From Burkholderiales bacterium (GTDB lineage Bacteria; Pseudomonadota; Gammaproteobacteria; Burkholderiales; JACQAP01): a stretch of 64,000 nt of DNA. The position numbers were made by a program, and so were the translations under genes. The DNA lies in assembly GCA_045810225.1 (NCBI GenBank), contig JBJMWI010000143.1:12951-76950 (forward strand), given 5' to 3'. Shown piece after piece: positions 53,033-62,055 of this stretch. The notes beneath the pieces were generated by a model that ran no database searches, was not told where the DNA came from, and saw only the letters and a program-made list of their open reading frames with translations. Positions within the stretch are counted from its first letter, which is position 1; every line of letters starts with the position of its first letter.

Positions 53033-53974
53033 ATGCCACGTCGCAACGAATACGATGTAACAGACAGGATCAATACCACCGATCCAGCCTCGGTCAATGG
53101 GGAAGTCAATCGCATCTTCCTCGAGCTGTATCCAAATGCATCAACGCATCTACTGAACCGCGTGTTTCGGGATTTGGCGCGTTTGCTCTCCGGAGACTAT
53201 CCCGGCTATCACGCTTGCGACACCAGCTACCATAACCTGCAGCATTCGCTCGACGTCACACTGGCCATGTCGCGCCTCATGGACGGCTACGAGCGTACAC
53301 GGGAACGCCGCCCGGAACTAGGTGCGCGGCTGTTCCGATTCGGCATCGTGACCGCGCTGTTTCACGACATAGGTTATCTGCGCAAAGTAAACGATACCCG
53401 GCATAAGAACGGCGCGGAATACACGTTCAAGCACGTTTCGCGCGGTGCGAAATTTTTGGAAGATTACATGAACCGCATCGGCATGGCGGAACTCGCACCG
53501 ATTGCCTCGCGCATCATCCATTTCACCGGTTACGAAAAAGCCATCGAAAAAATTGATGTGCCGAACATTTCGTTTCGGCTGATTGGAAGCATGCTTGGCA
53601 CGGCCGATATCATTGCGCAGATGGCCGATCGCTGTTATCTGGAAAAGTGCCGGGACCGCCTGTATCCGGAGTTTGTGGAGGGCGGTCTGGCAGCGCGTGA
53701 TGACCAGGATCACCGTGCCAGCGTGATGTTCAGGTCTGTGGAAGAATTGATGTCGTCGACTCCGCGCTTCTACAGGACCGCGCGGGCGCGCCTGAATGAG
53801 CAACTTGGCGGCGCCCATGGCTACGCGGGCAAGCATTTTGGCGGTCAGAACCTTTACCTCGACGAAATCGACAAGAACATGCAATACGCGTCATCCGTGG
53901 CGGGTCAGCGTGACTTGTCCCTGTTCCGTCGCGAGCCGCCAAAACTAGGCGAAGAGGCGTTGGCGATCGTTTAG
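53033..53974 (+). CDS. HD-domain metal-dependent phosphohydrolase
   Basis: YHNLQHSLDV, ALFHDIGY, HVSRG, TADII, LYPEF. Confidence 0.82.
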   Translation: MPRRNEYDVTDRINTTDPASVNGEVNRIFLELYPNASTHLLNRVFRDLARLLSGDYPGYHACDTSYHNLQHSLDVTLAMSRLMDGYERTRERRPELGARLFRFGIVTALFHDIGYLRKVNDTRHKNGAEYTFKHVSRGAKFLEDYMNRIGMAELAPIASRIIHFTGYEKAIEKIDVPNISFRLIGSMLGTADIIAQMADRCYLEKCRDRLYPEFVEGGLAARDDQDHRASVMFRSVEELMSSTPRFYRTARARLNEQLGGAHGYAGKHFGGQNLYLDEIDKNMQYASSVAGQRDLSLFRREPPKLGEEALAIV

Positions 53975-54984
53975 CGCTCCTGCCTGGCATCAAGCACGAT
54001 TTTTCCCACATGTTCGCTCGATTCCATCAGCGCATGCGCGGCCGCTGCCTGATCCAATGCGAAGGTCCGGTAAATCACCGGTCGAATTTTTCCCGCCTCG
54101 ATCAGAGGCCATACCTTTTGCCGCAGTGCCTGCGCGATGCCTGCTTTGACCTCAACCGGGCGCGCACGCAATGTCGATCCCGTTATGGTTAGCCGCCGGC
54201 GAAGTATGTCCGTCATGTCGAGCGTCGTCTTGCTGCCGCCCAGGAAAGCGATTAAAGAAAGCCGCCCGTCATCGGCAAGACAGTTCAGCTCGCGCGGCAC
54301 GTAGTCGCCGCCGACCATGTCGAGGATGACATCGGCACCGCGTCCGTCAGTGAGCTGCTTGATAACCGCGACGAAATCTTCGGTGCGATAGTTGATCGCG
54401 CGGGTCGCACCCAGCTTCTCGCATTCCGCACATTTGTCTGCTGTCCCAGCGGTCACGAAAACGCGGTGTCCGAAAGCGCGCGCCATTTGGATTGCCGTGA
54501 CTCCAATACCGCTTGAGCCGCCTTGTACGAGCAAGGTCTCGTCGTTTTTCAAGGCCGCGCGCTGAAACACGTTGACCCATACGGTGAAAAACGTCTCGGG
54601 CAAGCTGGCGGCCTGTTCCAATGTCAGCCCCGCCGGAACCGGCAGGCATTGCACCGCTGGAGCGGCGACATATTCTGCGTAGCCACCACCGGTGACCAGC
54701 GCAGAAACTTGATCGCCGATTTTCCAGTCCTTCACCAGTGTGCCCAGCGCCACAACGGTGCCTGCGACTTCCAATCCCGGGATATCTGAGGCGCCGGGCG
54801 GCGGCGGGTAGCCGCCTTTGCGCTGCAGCACGTCCGGGCGGTTGACTCCCGCAGCCCGAACTTCAATCAATACCTCGTTTGCTGCCGGTGAAGGCACGGG
54901 GCGGAGTGCGGGACGCAAGACATCCGGGCCACCGGGGGTTGATATCTCAATTGCGCGCATCTGCTGGGCCAAGGGTTTTGACAT
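53971..54984 (-). CDS. NAD(P)H-quinone oxidoreductase (PIG3/Qor MDR family)
   Basis: AAGVNRPDVLQRKG.YPPP.GAS..PGLE, GGGYAEY, PETFFTVW, GGSSGIG, ILDMVGG, GSTLR. Confidence 0.92.
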   Translation of the reverse strand: MSKPLAQQMRAIEISTPGGPDVLRPALRPVPSPAANEVLIEVRAAGVNRPDVLQRKGGYPPPPGASDIPGLEVAGTVVALGTLVKDWKIGDQVSALVTGGGYAEYVAAPAVQCLPVPAGLTLEQAASLPETFFTVWVNVFQRAALKNDETLLVQGGSSGIGVTAIQMARAFGHRVFVTAGTADKCAECEKLGATRAINYRTEDFVAVIKQLTDGRGADVILDMVGGDYVPRELNCLADDGRLSLIAFLGGSKTTLDMTDILRRRLTITGSTLRARPVEVKAGIAQALRQKVWPLIEAGKIRPVIYRTFALDQAAAAHALMESSEHVGKIVLDARQER

Positions 54985-55107
54985 AAGTAGCCTTTGTTTT
55001 GGAACGCTGTTTATATCACTTGTGACGCTAAGTTTGCGGGGTTTGCGACTTGCGCGGGCTTGCGGCATGATTCCGCGCTCTTCAAGAAAATATGCGGGGA
55101 GGATGTC

Positions 55108-56118
55108 ATGGAATATCGCAAGCTCGGGAGCAGCGGACTGAAAGTTTCTTCGTTGTGCCTGGGCGTCATGATGTTCGGCGATCGCACCGATGAAAAAGAA
55201 GCGGGCCGCATCGTCGGTTCGGCGTTTGACGCCGGCGTAAATTTTATCGATACCGCAGACCAGTACGCGAAGGGCGAGTCCGAACGCATCACTGGCAGAC
55301 TGATTGCGTCGAACCGGGACTACTGGGTTCTGGCCACGAAAATGGGCAATCCCCTGGGCACCGGTCCGAACCAGGTTGGCTTAGGGCGCAAGTGGATGAT
55401 GCAGGCCATCGACGGCAGCCTGAAACGGCTCGGCACCGAATTCGTGGATATCTATTATCTGCACCGCGATTTCGATGACGCTTCGCTGGAGGAAGCGGTC
55501 GTCGCCATGGGAGACATCATTCGCGCGGGTAAGGTCCGCTACTTCGGATTGTCGAACTTCCGCGGCTGGCGCATTGCTGAAATCGTCCGCTTGTGCCGCG
55601 CACTCAATGTGCCGCAGCCGATTGTCTGCCAGCCTTATTACAACGCCATGAACCGGCAACCGGAAGTTGAAATCCTGCCGGCCTGCCGCCATTACGGGAT
55701 TGGCGTCGTGCCGTACAGCCCGCTTGCGCGCGGGGTGCTAACTGGAAAATACAAACCCAACGAAGCGCCGCCGGAAGGAACGCGCGCCGGACGTGCCGAC
55801 AAGCGCATGATGGAGACCGAATTCCGCAAGGAATCTTTGGCGATCGCGCAGAAGATCAGGGCTTTCGCCGAAAAGAAGGGCATGAGCGCCGGACACTTCG
55901 CAGTGAATTGGGTGCTGAACAATGCGATCGTCACCAGCGTTATTGCAGGACCGCGCACGCTAGAGCAATGGCAGGATTATCTCAAGGCGCTGGAATTCAA
56001 GTTCGAGGCGAAAGGAGAGGCCTTGGTTGATTCGCTGGTGTCCATAGGCCACCCCTCGACGCCCGGGTACAACGATCCACAATATCCTTTGACCGGGCGT
56101 GTACCGGTCATTCACTGA
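55108..56118 (+). CDS. Aldo/keto reductase
   Basis: LGSSGLKVS.LCLG.MMFG, FIDTADQY, LATK, DIYYLH, GLSN, PYSPLARG. Confidence 0.93.
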   Translation: MEYRKLGSSGLKVSSLCLGVMMFGDRTDEKEAGRIVGSAFDAGVNFIDTADQYAKGESERITGRLIASNRDYWVLATKMGNPLGTGPNQVGLGRKWMMQAIDGSLKRLGTEFVDIYYLHRDFDDASLEEAVVAMGDIIRAGKVRYFGLSNFRGWRIAEIVRLCRALNVPQPIVCQPYYNAMNRQPEVEILPACRHYGIGVVPYSPLARGVLTGKYKPNEAPPEGTRAGRADKRMMETEFRKESLAIAQKIRAFAEKKGMSAGHFAVNWVLNNAIVTSVIAGPRTLEQWQDYLKALEFKFEAKGEALVDSLVSIGHPSTPGYNDPQYPLTGRVPVIH

Positions 56119-56124
56119 GCCATC

Positions 56125-56883
56125 ATGGAAAACAACAAGGTTGCTTTGGTTACGGGTGGTTCACGCGGCATCGGCCGCGCCATCGTCGAATTGTTGGCTG
56201 AGCGCGGTTTCCGCGTTATGTTTACCTATGCAAGCCGCGTAGCTGATGCCACTGAAGTAGAGGCTGCAATTAACAAGACTGGCGCACAAGCCAGCTGCAT
56301 TCGCGCCGATGTCGCCGAAGCCCGATCCGCGAAGAACGTTGTGCAGGCCACGCTGGCCAAGTTTGGCCGCATCGACGTTCTGGTCAATAACGCCGGCACG
56401 CATTTGCCTGATGTCGCCATCGCCGATACGTCGGCCGAGGAATGGGATCGCGTGCTGCAGACCAATCTGTATGGCCCGTTTCACATGGTGCAGGCTGTAC
56501 TGCCGCACATGCGCGCGCGCAAGAACGGCAACATCGTCAATCTTTCTTCCAACATTACCAATCGCTTTCCGCCGCGTAATGCTGCTTACACGGTGTCCAA
56601 AGTCGGCTTAGAGGCGTTCACGCGTATTCTGTCAAAAGAAGAAGGCCGTAACGGCATTCGCGTGAATGCGGTGGGCCCCGGACCCATTCGCACCGACATG
56701 CTCGAAGAAACCATGGTGAAAATTGGTCCCGAGCGGGCCGATGCATTCATCAAGTCAGTTCCACTCGGACGCAAAGGTGAGCCCAGGGAAATCGCCGAGG
56801 CCGTAGCGTTCCTGGTGTCGGATGCGGCGAGCTACATGACCGGACAAATCGTCTTTGTTAACGGCGGTGGACCGGGCGGTTAG
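56125..56883 (+). CDS. Short-chain dehydrogenase/reductase (FabG-like)
   Basis: TGGSRGIG, DVLVNNAG, NLSS, YTVSK, VNAVGPG.I.TDM. Confidence 0.92.
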   Translation: MENNKVALVTGGSRGIGRAIVELLAERGFRVMFTYASRVADATEVEAAINKTGAQASCIRADVAEARSAKNVVQATLAKFGRIDVLVNNAGTHLPDVAIADTSAEEWDRVLQTNLYGPFHMVQAVLPHMRARKNGNIVNLSSNITNRFPPRNAAYTVSKVGLEAFTRILSKEEGRNGIRVNAVGPGPIRTDMLEETMVKIGPERADAFIKSVPLGRKGEPREIAEAVAFLVSDAASYMTGQIVFVNGGGPGG

Positions 56884-56902
56884 CTGATACGAGTGGGTGC
56901 GA

Positions 56903-57343
56903 TTACATTCGGTTCAGAAGCTTTTCCAGACTCAGGCGCATGCCGGAGGGCACGGCGACTGGGTTGCGTGAGGCGCGGTCCACGTACACGTGCACGAAAT
57001 AACCCTGCGCCGCAGCCGTTTGTTCGTCATTCCTGAATAGTCCAACTTCATAGCGCACGCTGCTATTGCCAATTTTTGCGACACGCAGTCCGGCGTGAAC
57101 GATGTCCGGAAAAGTTAACGGCGCAAAGTATTCGCATTGCGTTTCCACCACCAGGCCGATAACCGTGCTGGTCGGCACATCCAGAACACCTTGCTCAATC
57201 AGGTATTGATTCACCACCGTGTCGAAATAGCTGTAGTAGACGACATTGTTTACGTGGCCATACACGTCATTGTCGGCCCAGCGCGTGGGAATGGCCTGGA
57301 AATGCCGGTAGGCATGATGGAGTTCCGGTTTTGGTCGAGGCAT
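56903..57343 (-). CDS. Acyl-CoA thioesterase (4HBT/YbgC-FadM hotdog family)
   Basis: TRWADNDVYGHVNNVVYYSYFD, GLVVET.C.Y, GNSSVRYE, FVHVYVDR. Confidence 0.88.
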   Translation of the reverse strand: MPRPKPELHHAYRHFQAIPTRWADNDVYGHVNNVVYYSYFDTVVNQYLIEQGVLDVPTSTVIGLVVETQCEYFAPLTFPDIVHAGLRVAKIGNSSVRYEVGLFRNDEQTAAAQGYFVHVYVDRASRNPVAVPSGMRLSLEKLLNRM

Positions 57344-57359
57344 TTGTTTTTTTCCGTTA

Positions 57360-58271
57360 TCAGTGGGTGCCGGCCTGGTCGGACGTGTCACTCAGGCGGC
57401 GCATGTGCTTCCAGTTCACCGCGAGCAGTCCGGCCGCCACGACGACGACCATGCCGAAGAGCGTCATTGGCTCCGGAAAATCGCCGAATGCAAGATAAGC
57501 CAGAAGCGTGGACCAGATCAATTGAGAATAAACGAAAGGCGCCAGTGTAGACGGGGACGTGTGCTCCATGGCGCGGATCAGCAGTAAATGGCCCAAGCCG
57601 CCGAGCAAGCCAATGCACACGACAAAGCCAGCCTGAACCAGAGTAGGCGTAACCCAATGCAACGGCACCGCAATGCTGGTGATGACTGCGCCCACAACCG
57701 CGGTATAGAAAAGCGTTGTATACGGATGTTCGCGTCCGGAAAGTCTGCGGGTAACGATCTGATATACGCTGAACAGGACAGCAGTTGCCAGTGGAAAGAC
57801 GGCGGCGAGTGAAACTACTCCACCGCCTGGCCGCATGATGATTAACACGCCGGTAAACCCAAGCAAGACGGCGAACCATTGTCGCCGGCTGACCTTGTCG
57901 CCGAGCATCGGGCCGGACAGCAACGCAGTCAGCACCGGACCCACAAAACTAATGGCTGCTGCTTCCGCGAGCGGCAGATAGCGAAGCGCGAAATAGAAAA
58001 AGATAGTGCTGGCCAGCAGCAGCACGCCGCGCAACATCTGCAGCCAAAGATGTGACGTCCGCAACAGCCTTGTGCCCATGCGCGGGCCCAGAAGGACGGC
58101 CATCACGACGATATGGACCATGTAGCGCGCCCACATCAACGCGGACATCGGGTAAGACTTCAGCATGTGCTTGGCGAGCGTATCCATCGCCGAAAACATG
58201 AATACCGCAGCCATGATCAATGCGATGCCGCGCAGTGTGCGGCGGTGATGCTGCGCTTCGGTTACCGTCAT
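57360..58271 (-). CDS. DMT/EamA family transporter
   Basis: ~10 TM segments; MDTLAK, LPLAEA.AI.F..P, GFTGVLII.RPG, LAPF.Y.QLIW. Confidence 0.9.
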   Translation of the reverse strand: MTVTEAQHHRRTLRGIALIMAAVFMFSAMDTLAKHMLKSYPMSALMWARYMVHIVVMAVLLGPRMGTRLLRTSHLWLQMLRGVLLLASTIFFYFALRYLPLAEAAAISFVGPVLTALLSGPMLGDKVSRRQWFAVLLGFTGVLIIMRPGGGVVSLAAVFPLATAVLFSVYQIVTRRLSGREHPYTTLFYTAVVGAVITSIAVPLHWVTPTLVQAGFVVCIGLLGGLGHLLLIRAMEHTSPSTLAPFVYSQLIWSTLLAYLAFGDFPEPMTLFGMVVVVAAGLLAVNWKHMRRLSDTSDQAGTH

Positions 58272-58375
58272 TTGCGAAAACGTGTTATCGCGGATCCGGT
58301 GACTGTCGCGTGCAACGTGATGGAACGGACAAGCTCATTTTTTCGCTACTCAATAGTCTGCTGACATTTAGGTAT

Positions 58376-59656
58376 TTACGGCTTGTGTCGCAGCACCTCG
58401 CGGCCGGCGAAAGTGGTTTTGCCGCCGAGCGCTTCCTCGATGCGTAGCGCTTCATTCCATTTCGCCATGCGTTCGGATCGCGCGAATGCGCCGACTTTTA
58501 GTTGTCCGGCGTCCCATCCTGCCGCCAAATGTACGATGGTAACGTCCTCAGTTTCACCAGAACGGGCCGAGACAATGGTGCCCCAGCCGGCGCGCTTCCC
58601 TGCATCCAGCGCCGCCTTTGTTTCGGTGACCGTGCCGGCCTGATTCGGCTTGATTAGCACGGCATTGCAAGCACCTGCGTCCGCTGCAGCCTTCACTCGC
58701 GTGGCGTTGGTCACCAGAAAATCGTCTCCAATGATTTGGACTCTGTGCCCGGCCTCAGCCGTGAATTTTTTCATGCCTTCGGCGTCATCTTCGGCTAATG
58801 GGTCCTCGATCGATACAATAGGGTAGCGGTCAAGCCAGCCGAGCAGCATTTCGCAAAAGCCATCGCTGTCCAGGTCGCGGCCTTCGAAACGATAGCGGCC
58901 GTCCCGCCCGAATTCCGAGGCCGCGATATCGAGCGATATGCCGACATCCTTGCCCGGGCGGTAGCCGGCCCGCTCGATCGCACGCATAAGCATGGTAAGG
59001 GCGGCTTCGTTGGAATCGAATGCCGGCCAGAAACCACCTTCGTCCGCGACACCTTGCAACTTGCCCGCCTCTTGCATCAACTGGCCTGCAGCCCGATAGA
59101 CTTCCGCCGTAACGGCGGCGGCTTCGCTGAAGCTGTGTGCCGCCAGCGCAATGACCATGAAGTCCTGGATATCCACACGGCGTCCTGCATGCGCGCCCCC
59201 GCCAAAGATCTGTATCTCCGGCAAAGGCATGCGCACGCTCTTGCCCTGCGCGAGATACGCGTACAGCGGCACGCGGTGCGCGCCGGCCACGGCATGCAGC
59301 ACCGCCATCGAAGTCGCAATCATGGCGTTGCCGCCAAGCCTGGATTTGTTCGGCGTGCCGTCCCAGGCGATCAGTTCATCATCGATTTCAGCTTGGCGCA
59401 GCGCATTGCGTCCAAGCAGCAAGCGGGATATTTCGTTGTTGACGTGTGCGACTGCTTTGGTCACGCCCTTGCCGCCGAACGTTTCGCCACCATCGCGCAG
59501 GTCGACTGCTTCATGCGATCCACGTGATGCTCCGGCTGGCGCGATAGCGCGTCCGACTGCGCCTCCTGCGACATGCACTTCAACTTCAACCGTAGGCTGT
59601 CCGCGCGAATCCCAGACTTGCCGGCCATGGACTTTCGTGATGGTGGTGTCGGTCAT
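58376..59656 (-). CDS. Enolase paralog with divergent active-site residues
   Basis: DSRGQPTVEVEV, PAGASRG, DEGG, LDIAASE, SIEDP, GDD, IKPNQ.GT, RSGETED, QLK.G..RSER; QEF->QDF and SHRSG->SARSG; start ATG 59656. Confidence 0.9.
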   Translation of the reverse strand: MTDTTITKVHGRQVWDSRGQPTVEVEVHVAGGAVGRAIAPAGASRGSHEAVDLRDGGETFGGKGVTKAVAHVNNEISRLLLGRNALRQAEIDDELIAWDGTPNKSRLGGNAMIATSMAVLHAVAGAHRVPLYAYLAQGKSVRMPLPEIQIFGGGAHAGRRVDIQDFMVIALAAHSFSEAAAVTAEVYRAAGQLMQEAGKLQGVADEGGFWPAFDSNEAALTMLMRAIERAGYRPGKDVGISLDIAASEFGRDGRYRFEGRDLDSDGFCEMLLGWLDRYPIVSIEDPLAEDDAEGMKKFTAEAGHRVQIIGDDFLVTNATRVKAAADAGACNAVLIKPNQAGTVTETKAALDAGKRAGWGTIVSARSGETEDVTIVHLAAGWDAGQLKVGAFARSERMAKWNEALRIEEALGGKTTFAGREVLRHKP

Positions 59657-59687
59657 CAATAGGTTCGCTCTCGTAACGAGAAGGTTG

Positions 59688-60683
59688 TCACACGAGCTGG
59701 CGTTGCCACGCCATCCGTACGCCGGCAAGGCTGTCAACCGGCCGCAGCAGCAGCCCGCGTGCTGCGCGGCGAACGCGTTCACGCTCTGCATCGGTCGTGA
59801 TGTATTCCACTGGCGATCTGCCGTCGATGCGACCGAGCAACAGACCTGGCAGCAGGTGTGCGGCACGTTCCTCGATATCGTCGCGTGCTTCCCAGGTGAC
59901 CTTGTCAAGGTAGCTTGCCGCGAGCACGTCGAAAGTTTCCAGGTAACGCGGTTGCCACTGCGGCTTCCAGAGGCACTTCAGCAGCAGATGATTAAGACAG
60001 AACGCAAGATCGAAAGCCGGATCACCATACCAAGCGCACTCCGCGTCCAGGAATACCGCTCCGTGCGGGCCGGTCAGAATATTTTTTGGGCTCACATCGC
60101 CATGCACGAGTGCTTTCTTGGTGGCACCGGTGATCCGGACCAGACTTTCCAGCCGGTCAGCGCAATCTGGATGTTTTTTCGCGGTAGCCGAAAGATAAGG
60201 CTCGAGCCGGATGGGGAAAAAGATGTGATCGGTGGGAAATTTTTGCGCGACATCGATTTGACCTGCGGTGTGCGCGTGAATCGAACAAATACGCTCACCG
60301 ACCTCGCGGGCGGTGTGGTCCACGATTACGCCGTCACGCAACTGATTTTTCCAGACGGGATAATGCGCCTCGTCCAGGAATTCCATGGCGAACATGCCGG
60401 TTTCGCGATCTTCACCGAGCACTTTTGGTACAGCGAGCGGTTCAATGCCAGCTGCGGTACGCATCCATTCGATCTCATAGCGGTTGCGTTCGACCGGCGC
60501 TTGCCAATCCATCTGTACGCGAAGCTTGGCAAGAGCCCGCTTGATACAGATCGGTCCACTTTTGAGATCGACGCGCGAAATGTCCGAGGATACGCCCCCG
60601 GTTAACGGCGTAATGGCGGGCACTTCACCGGGCTGAAGCAACTTCATGCGCCCCAGCGCAGCAAGGTAGGAGTCGTTGCTCAT
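59688..60683 (-). CDS. APH/choline-kinase-like phosphotransferase (methylthioribose kinase-like)
   Basis: LTGGVSSD loop, IKRAL.KLRV..DW.AP.ER, MEFL hinge, HGDVSPKNIL, FLDAECAWYGDPAFD. Confidence 0.85.
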   Translation of the reverse strand: MSNDSYLAALGRMKLLQPGEVPAITPLTGGVSSDISRVDLKSGPICIKRALAKLRVQMDWQAPVERNRYEIEWMRTAAGIEPLAVPKVLGEDRETGMFAMEFLDEAHYPVWKNQLRDGVIVDHTAREVGERICSIHAHTAGQIDVAQKFPTDHIFFPIRLEPYLSATAKKHPDCADRLESLVRITGATKKALVHGDVSPKNILTGPHGAVFLDAECAWYGDPAFDLAFCLNHLLLKCLWKPQWQPRYLETFDVLAASYLDKVTWEARDDIEERAAHLLPGLLLGRIDGRSPVEYITTDAERERVRRAARGLLLRPVDSLAGVRMAWQRQLV

Positions 60684-60923
60684 TACTATTCGGGAAAGAT
60701 TGCGGCTTCGCTAAACGGCACCCTCGCGGCGCAGGCGATTAAAAGGCGCGTCACTCGGGCGCTTCAGCGGGACAGGACTTTATCACACCTTGCCGGTTGC
60801 CTTGCTGTCCAGACGAGCACAATCTGTTTTGGCCAGCCTGCGCAATGGGTCATGGAAAAGCGTCCTTCGTGCAGCGTGCGCGCCGTCGAATGTCGTTGGC
60901 AAATCAAGAAAACTGAAAGTTCA

Positions 60924-60953
60924 TTGACAAGCAAATGAATCAATCAGTATTGT
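60924..60953 (+). promoter_or_regulatory. Putative sigma70 promoter for parA-like gene
   Basis: TTGACA-N18-TATTGT preceded by an A-rich UP-like tract, ~45 bp upstream of ATG 60997. Confidence 0.6.
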
Positions 60954-60996
60954 GATTTCTTTACACTACCGTGGGTAATTCGCGGCGACGGTCTGC

Positions 60997-61821
60997 ATGG
61001 CCAAGATCGCGGTTTTCAACCAGAAGGGCGGAGTCGGCAAGACGACGACTTCACTGAACCTCACGGCTGCCCTTGCCCGGCGGGGGTACAACCCCCTGTC
61101 GATTGACCTTGATCCTCAAGCCCATTTGTCATACGTCTGCGGCAGCACCGTAAACAATGCGGACGATTCAATCTTTGGCTTCTATCAGAGCATCAAACCG
61201 CTGACCCAGCTGATACGTCCTGCAACTGGCGGTTGGCTTGTGATTCCCGCACACGTCGAACTATCCAAGGTGGACACCCAATTTGGTAAAGGGCCCAACA
61301 TTCTCAACCGGTTGAACACCGGTATCGTCAAAGAAAACCTCAATACCGGCCGGCCAATCGTGCTTGACTGTTGCCCGGTGCTTGGCGTGCTCAGTTTGAG
61401 TGCCATTTTTGCTTCCGATCGCGTGCTGATCCCGGTTTCCACGGATTATCTGGCAGTGCACAGCGTATTCCAGGTTGAGAAGACCTTGAGGGCGCTTGAG
61501 CACGTGCTTAAAAAGCGCGTGATGCGGCGTTACGTCATGACGCGGTTCGACAGCCGGCGCAAGATGTCGCATCAGATTTACGACGAGCTCAAGGAAAGGC
61601 TCAGCGACGAAGTTTGCGAAACGCGCATCACCGAGAATGTCAGCATTGCGGAAAGCCCGGCCTCGAAAAAAGACGTTTTCGCCCACTCACCCGAAAGTCG
61701 TGGCGCGCTGGACTACGAGGCATTGCTGGAGGAATTAGTGCAGGTAGGTTTTATCGAAAAGCGCGAGCGCGAAGTCGTCACGGAATCGCCGGTCAAGGAT
61801 TTTCTTCGTTCGCCTGTCTAG
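60997..61821 (+). CDS. ParA/Soj family ATPase (orphan)
   Basis: Deviant Walker A NQKGGVGKTT, IDLDPQAHL, LDCCP.LG, LIPV..D.LA, RITEN..IAESP. Confidence 0.9.
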   Translation: MAKIAVFNQKGGVGKTTTSLNLTAALARRGYNPLSIDLDPQAHLSYVCGSTVNNADDSIFGFYQSIKPLTQLIRPATGGWLVIPAHVELSKVDTQFGKGPNILNRLNTGIVKENLNTGRPIVLDCCPVLGVLSLSAIFASDRVLIPVSTDYLAVHSVFQVEKTLRALEHVLKKRVMRRYVMTRFDSRRKMSHQIYDELKERLSDEVCETRITENVSIAESPASKKDVFAHSPESRGALDYEALLEELVQVGFIEKREREVVTESPVKDFLRSPV

Positions 61822-62053
61822 AGATCAGCGAAATAATGCCCTCGAGGTCGGCTGCTTCTTCCCGGCCCGGTGAAACGATCTCCTTGCATTCGATAATCTC
61901 GCAGTGCTGATACATTTGTGAGATCTTGCGTTGCGCTTCGGCCTGGTCGCGCGCATGAACCACCAGATTTTCCACCGCCAACCCGCCGCGCGTGCGAATC
62001 CTGAACCCGAATTTCAGCATCGGCTGCGGCGCGGCAGGTATCGGTGCGGACAC
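61793..62053 (-). CDS. Small conserved-looking hypothetical protein
   Basis: KFGFRIRTRGG..VENL.V.ARD..EA.RK..QMY..CEI.EC; starts 2 nt after the gamma-CA stop codon. Confidence 0.65.
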   Translation of the reverse strand: MSAPIPAAPQPMLKFGFRIRTRGGLAVENLVVHARDQAEAQRKISQMYQHCEIIECKEIVSPGREEAADLEGIISLISRQANEENP

Positions 62054-62055
62054 AA

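Noticed and set aside
59151-60605. 484-aa plus-strand ORF antisense to the enolase and kinase genes
   Set aside because: No recognisable motifs; explained as a shadow frame of two well-supported minus-strand genes in GC-rich DNA.
60684-60996. 313-bp intergenic region as a possible sRNA or riboswitch controlling the kinase-enolase unit
   Set aside because: No recognisable aptamer, terminator or repeat by eye; it is consistent with two divergent promoters.
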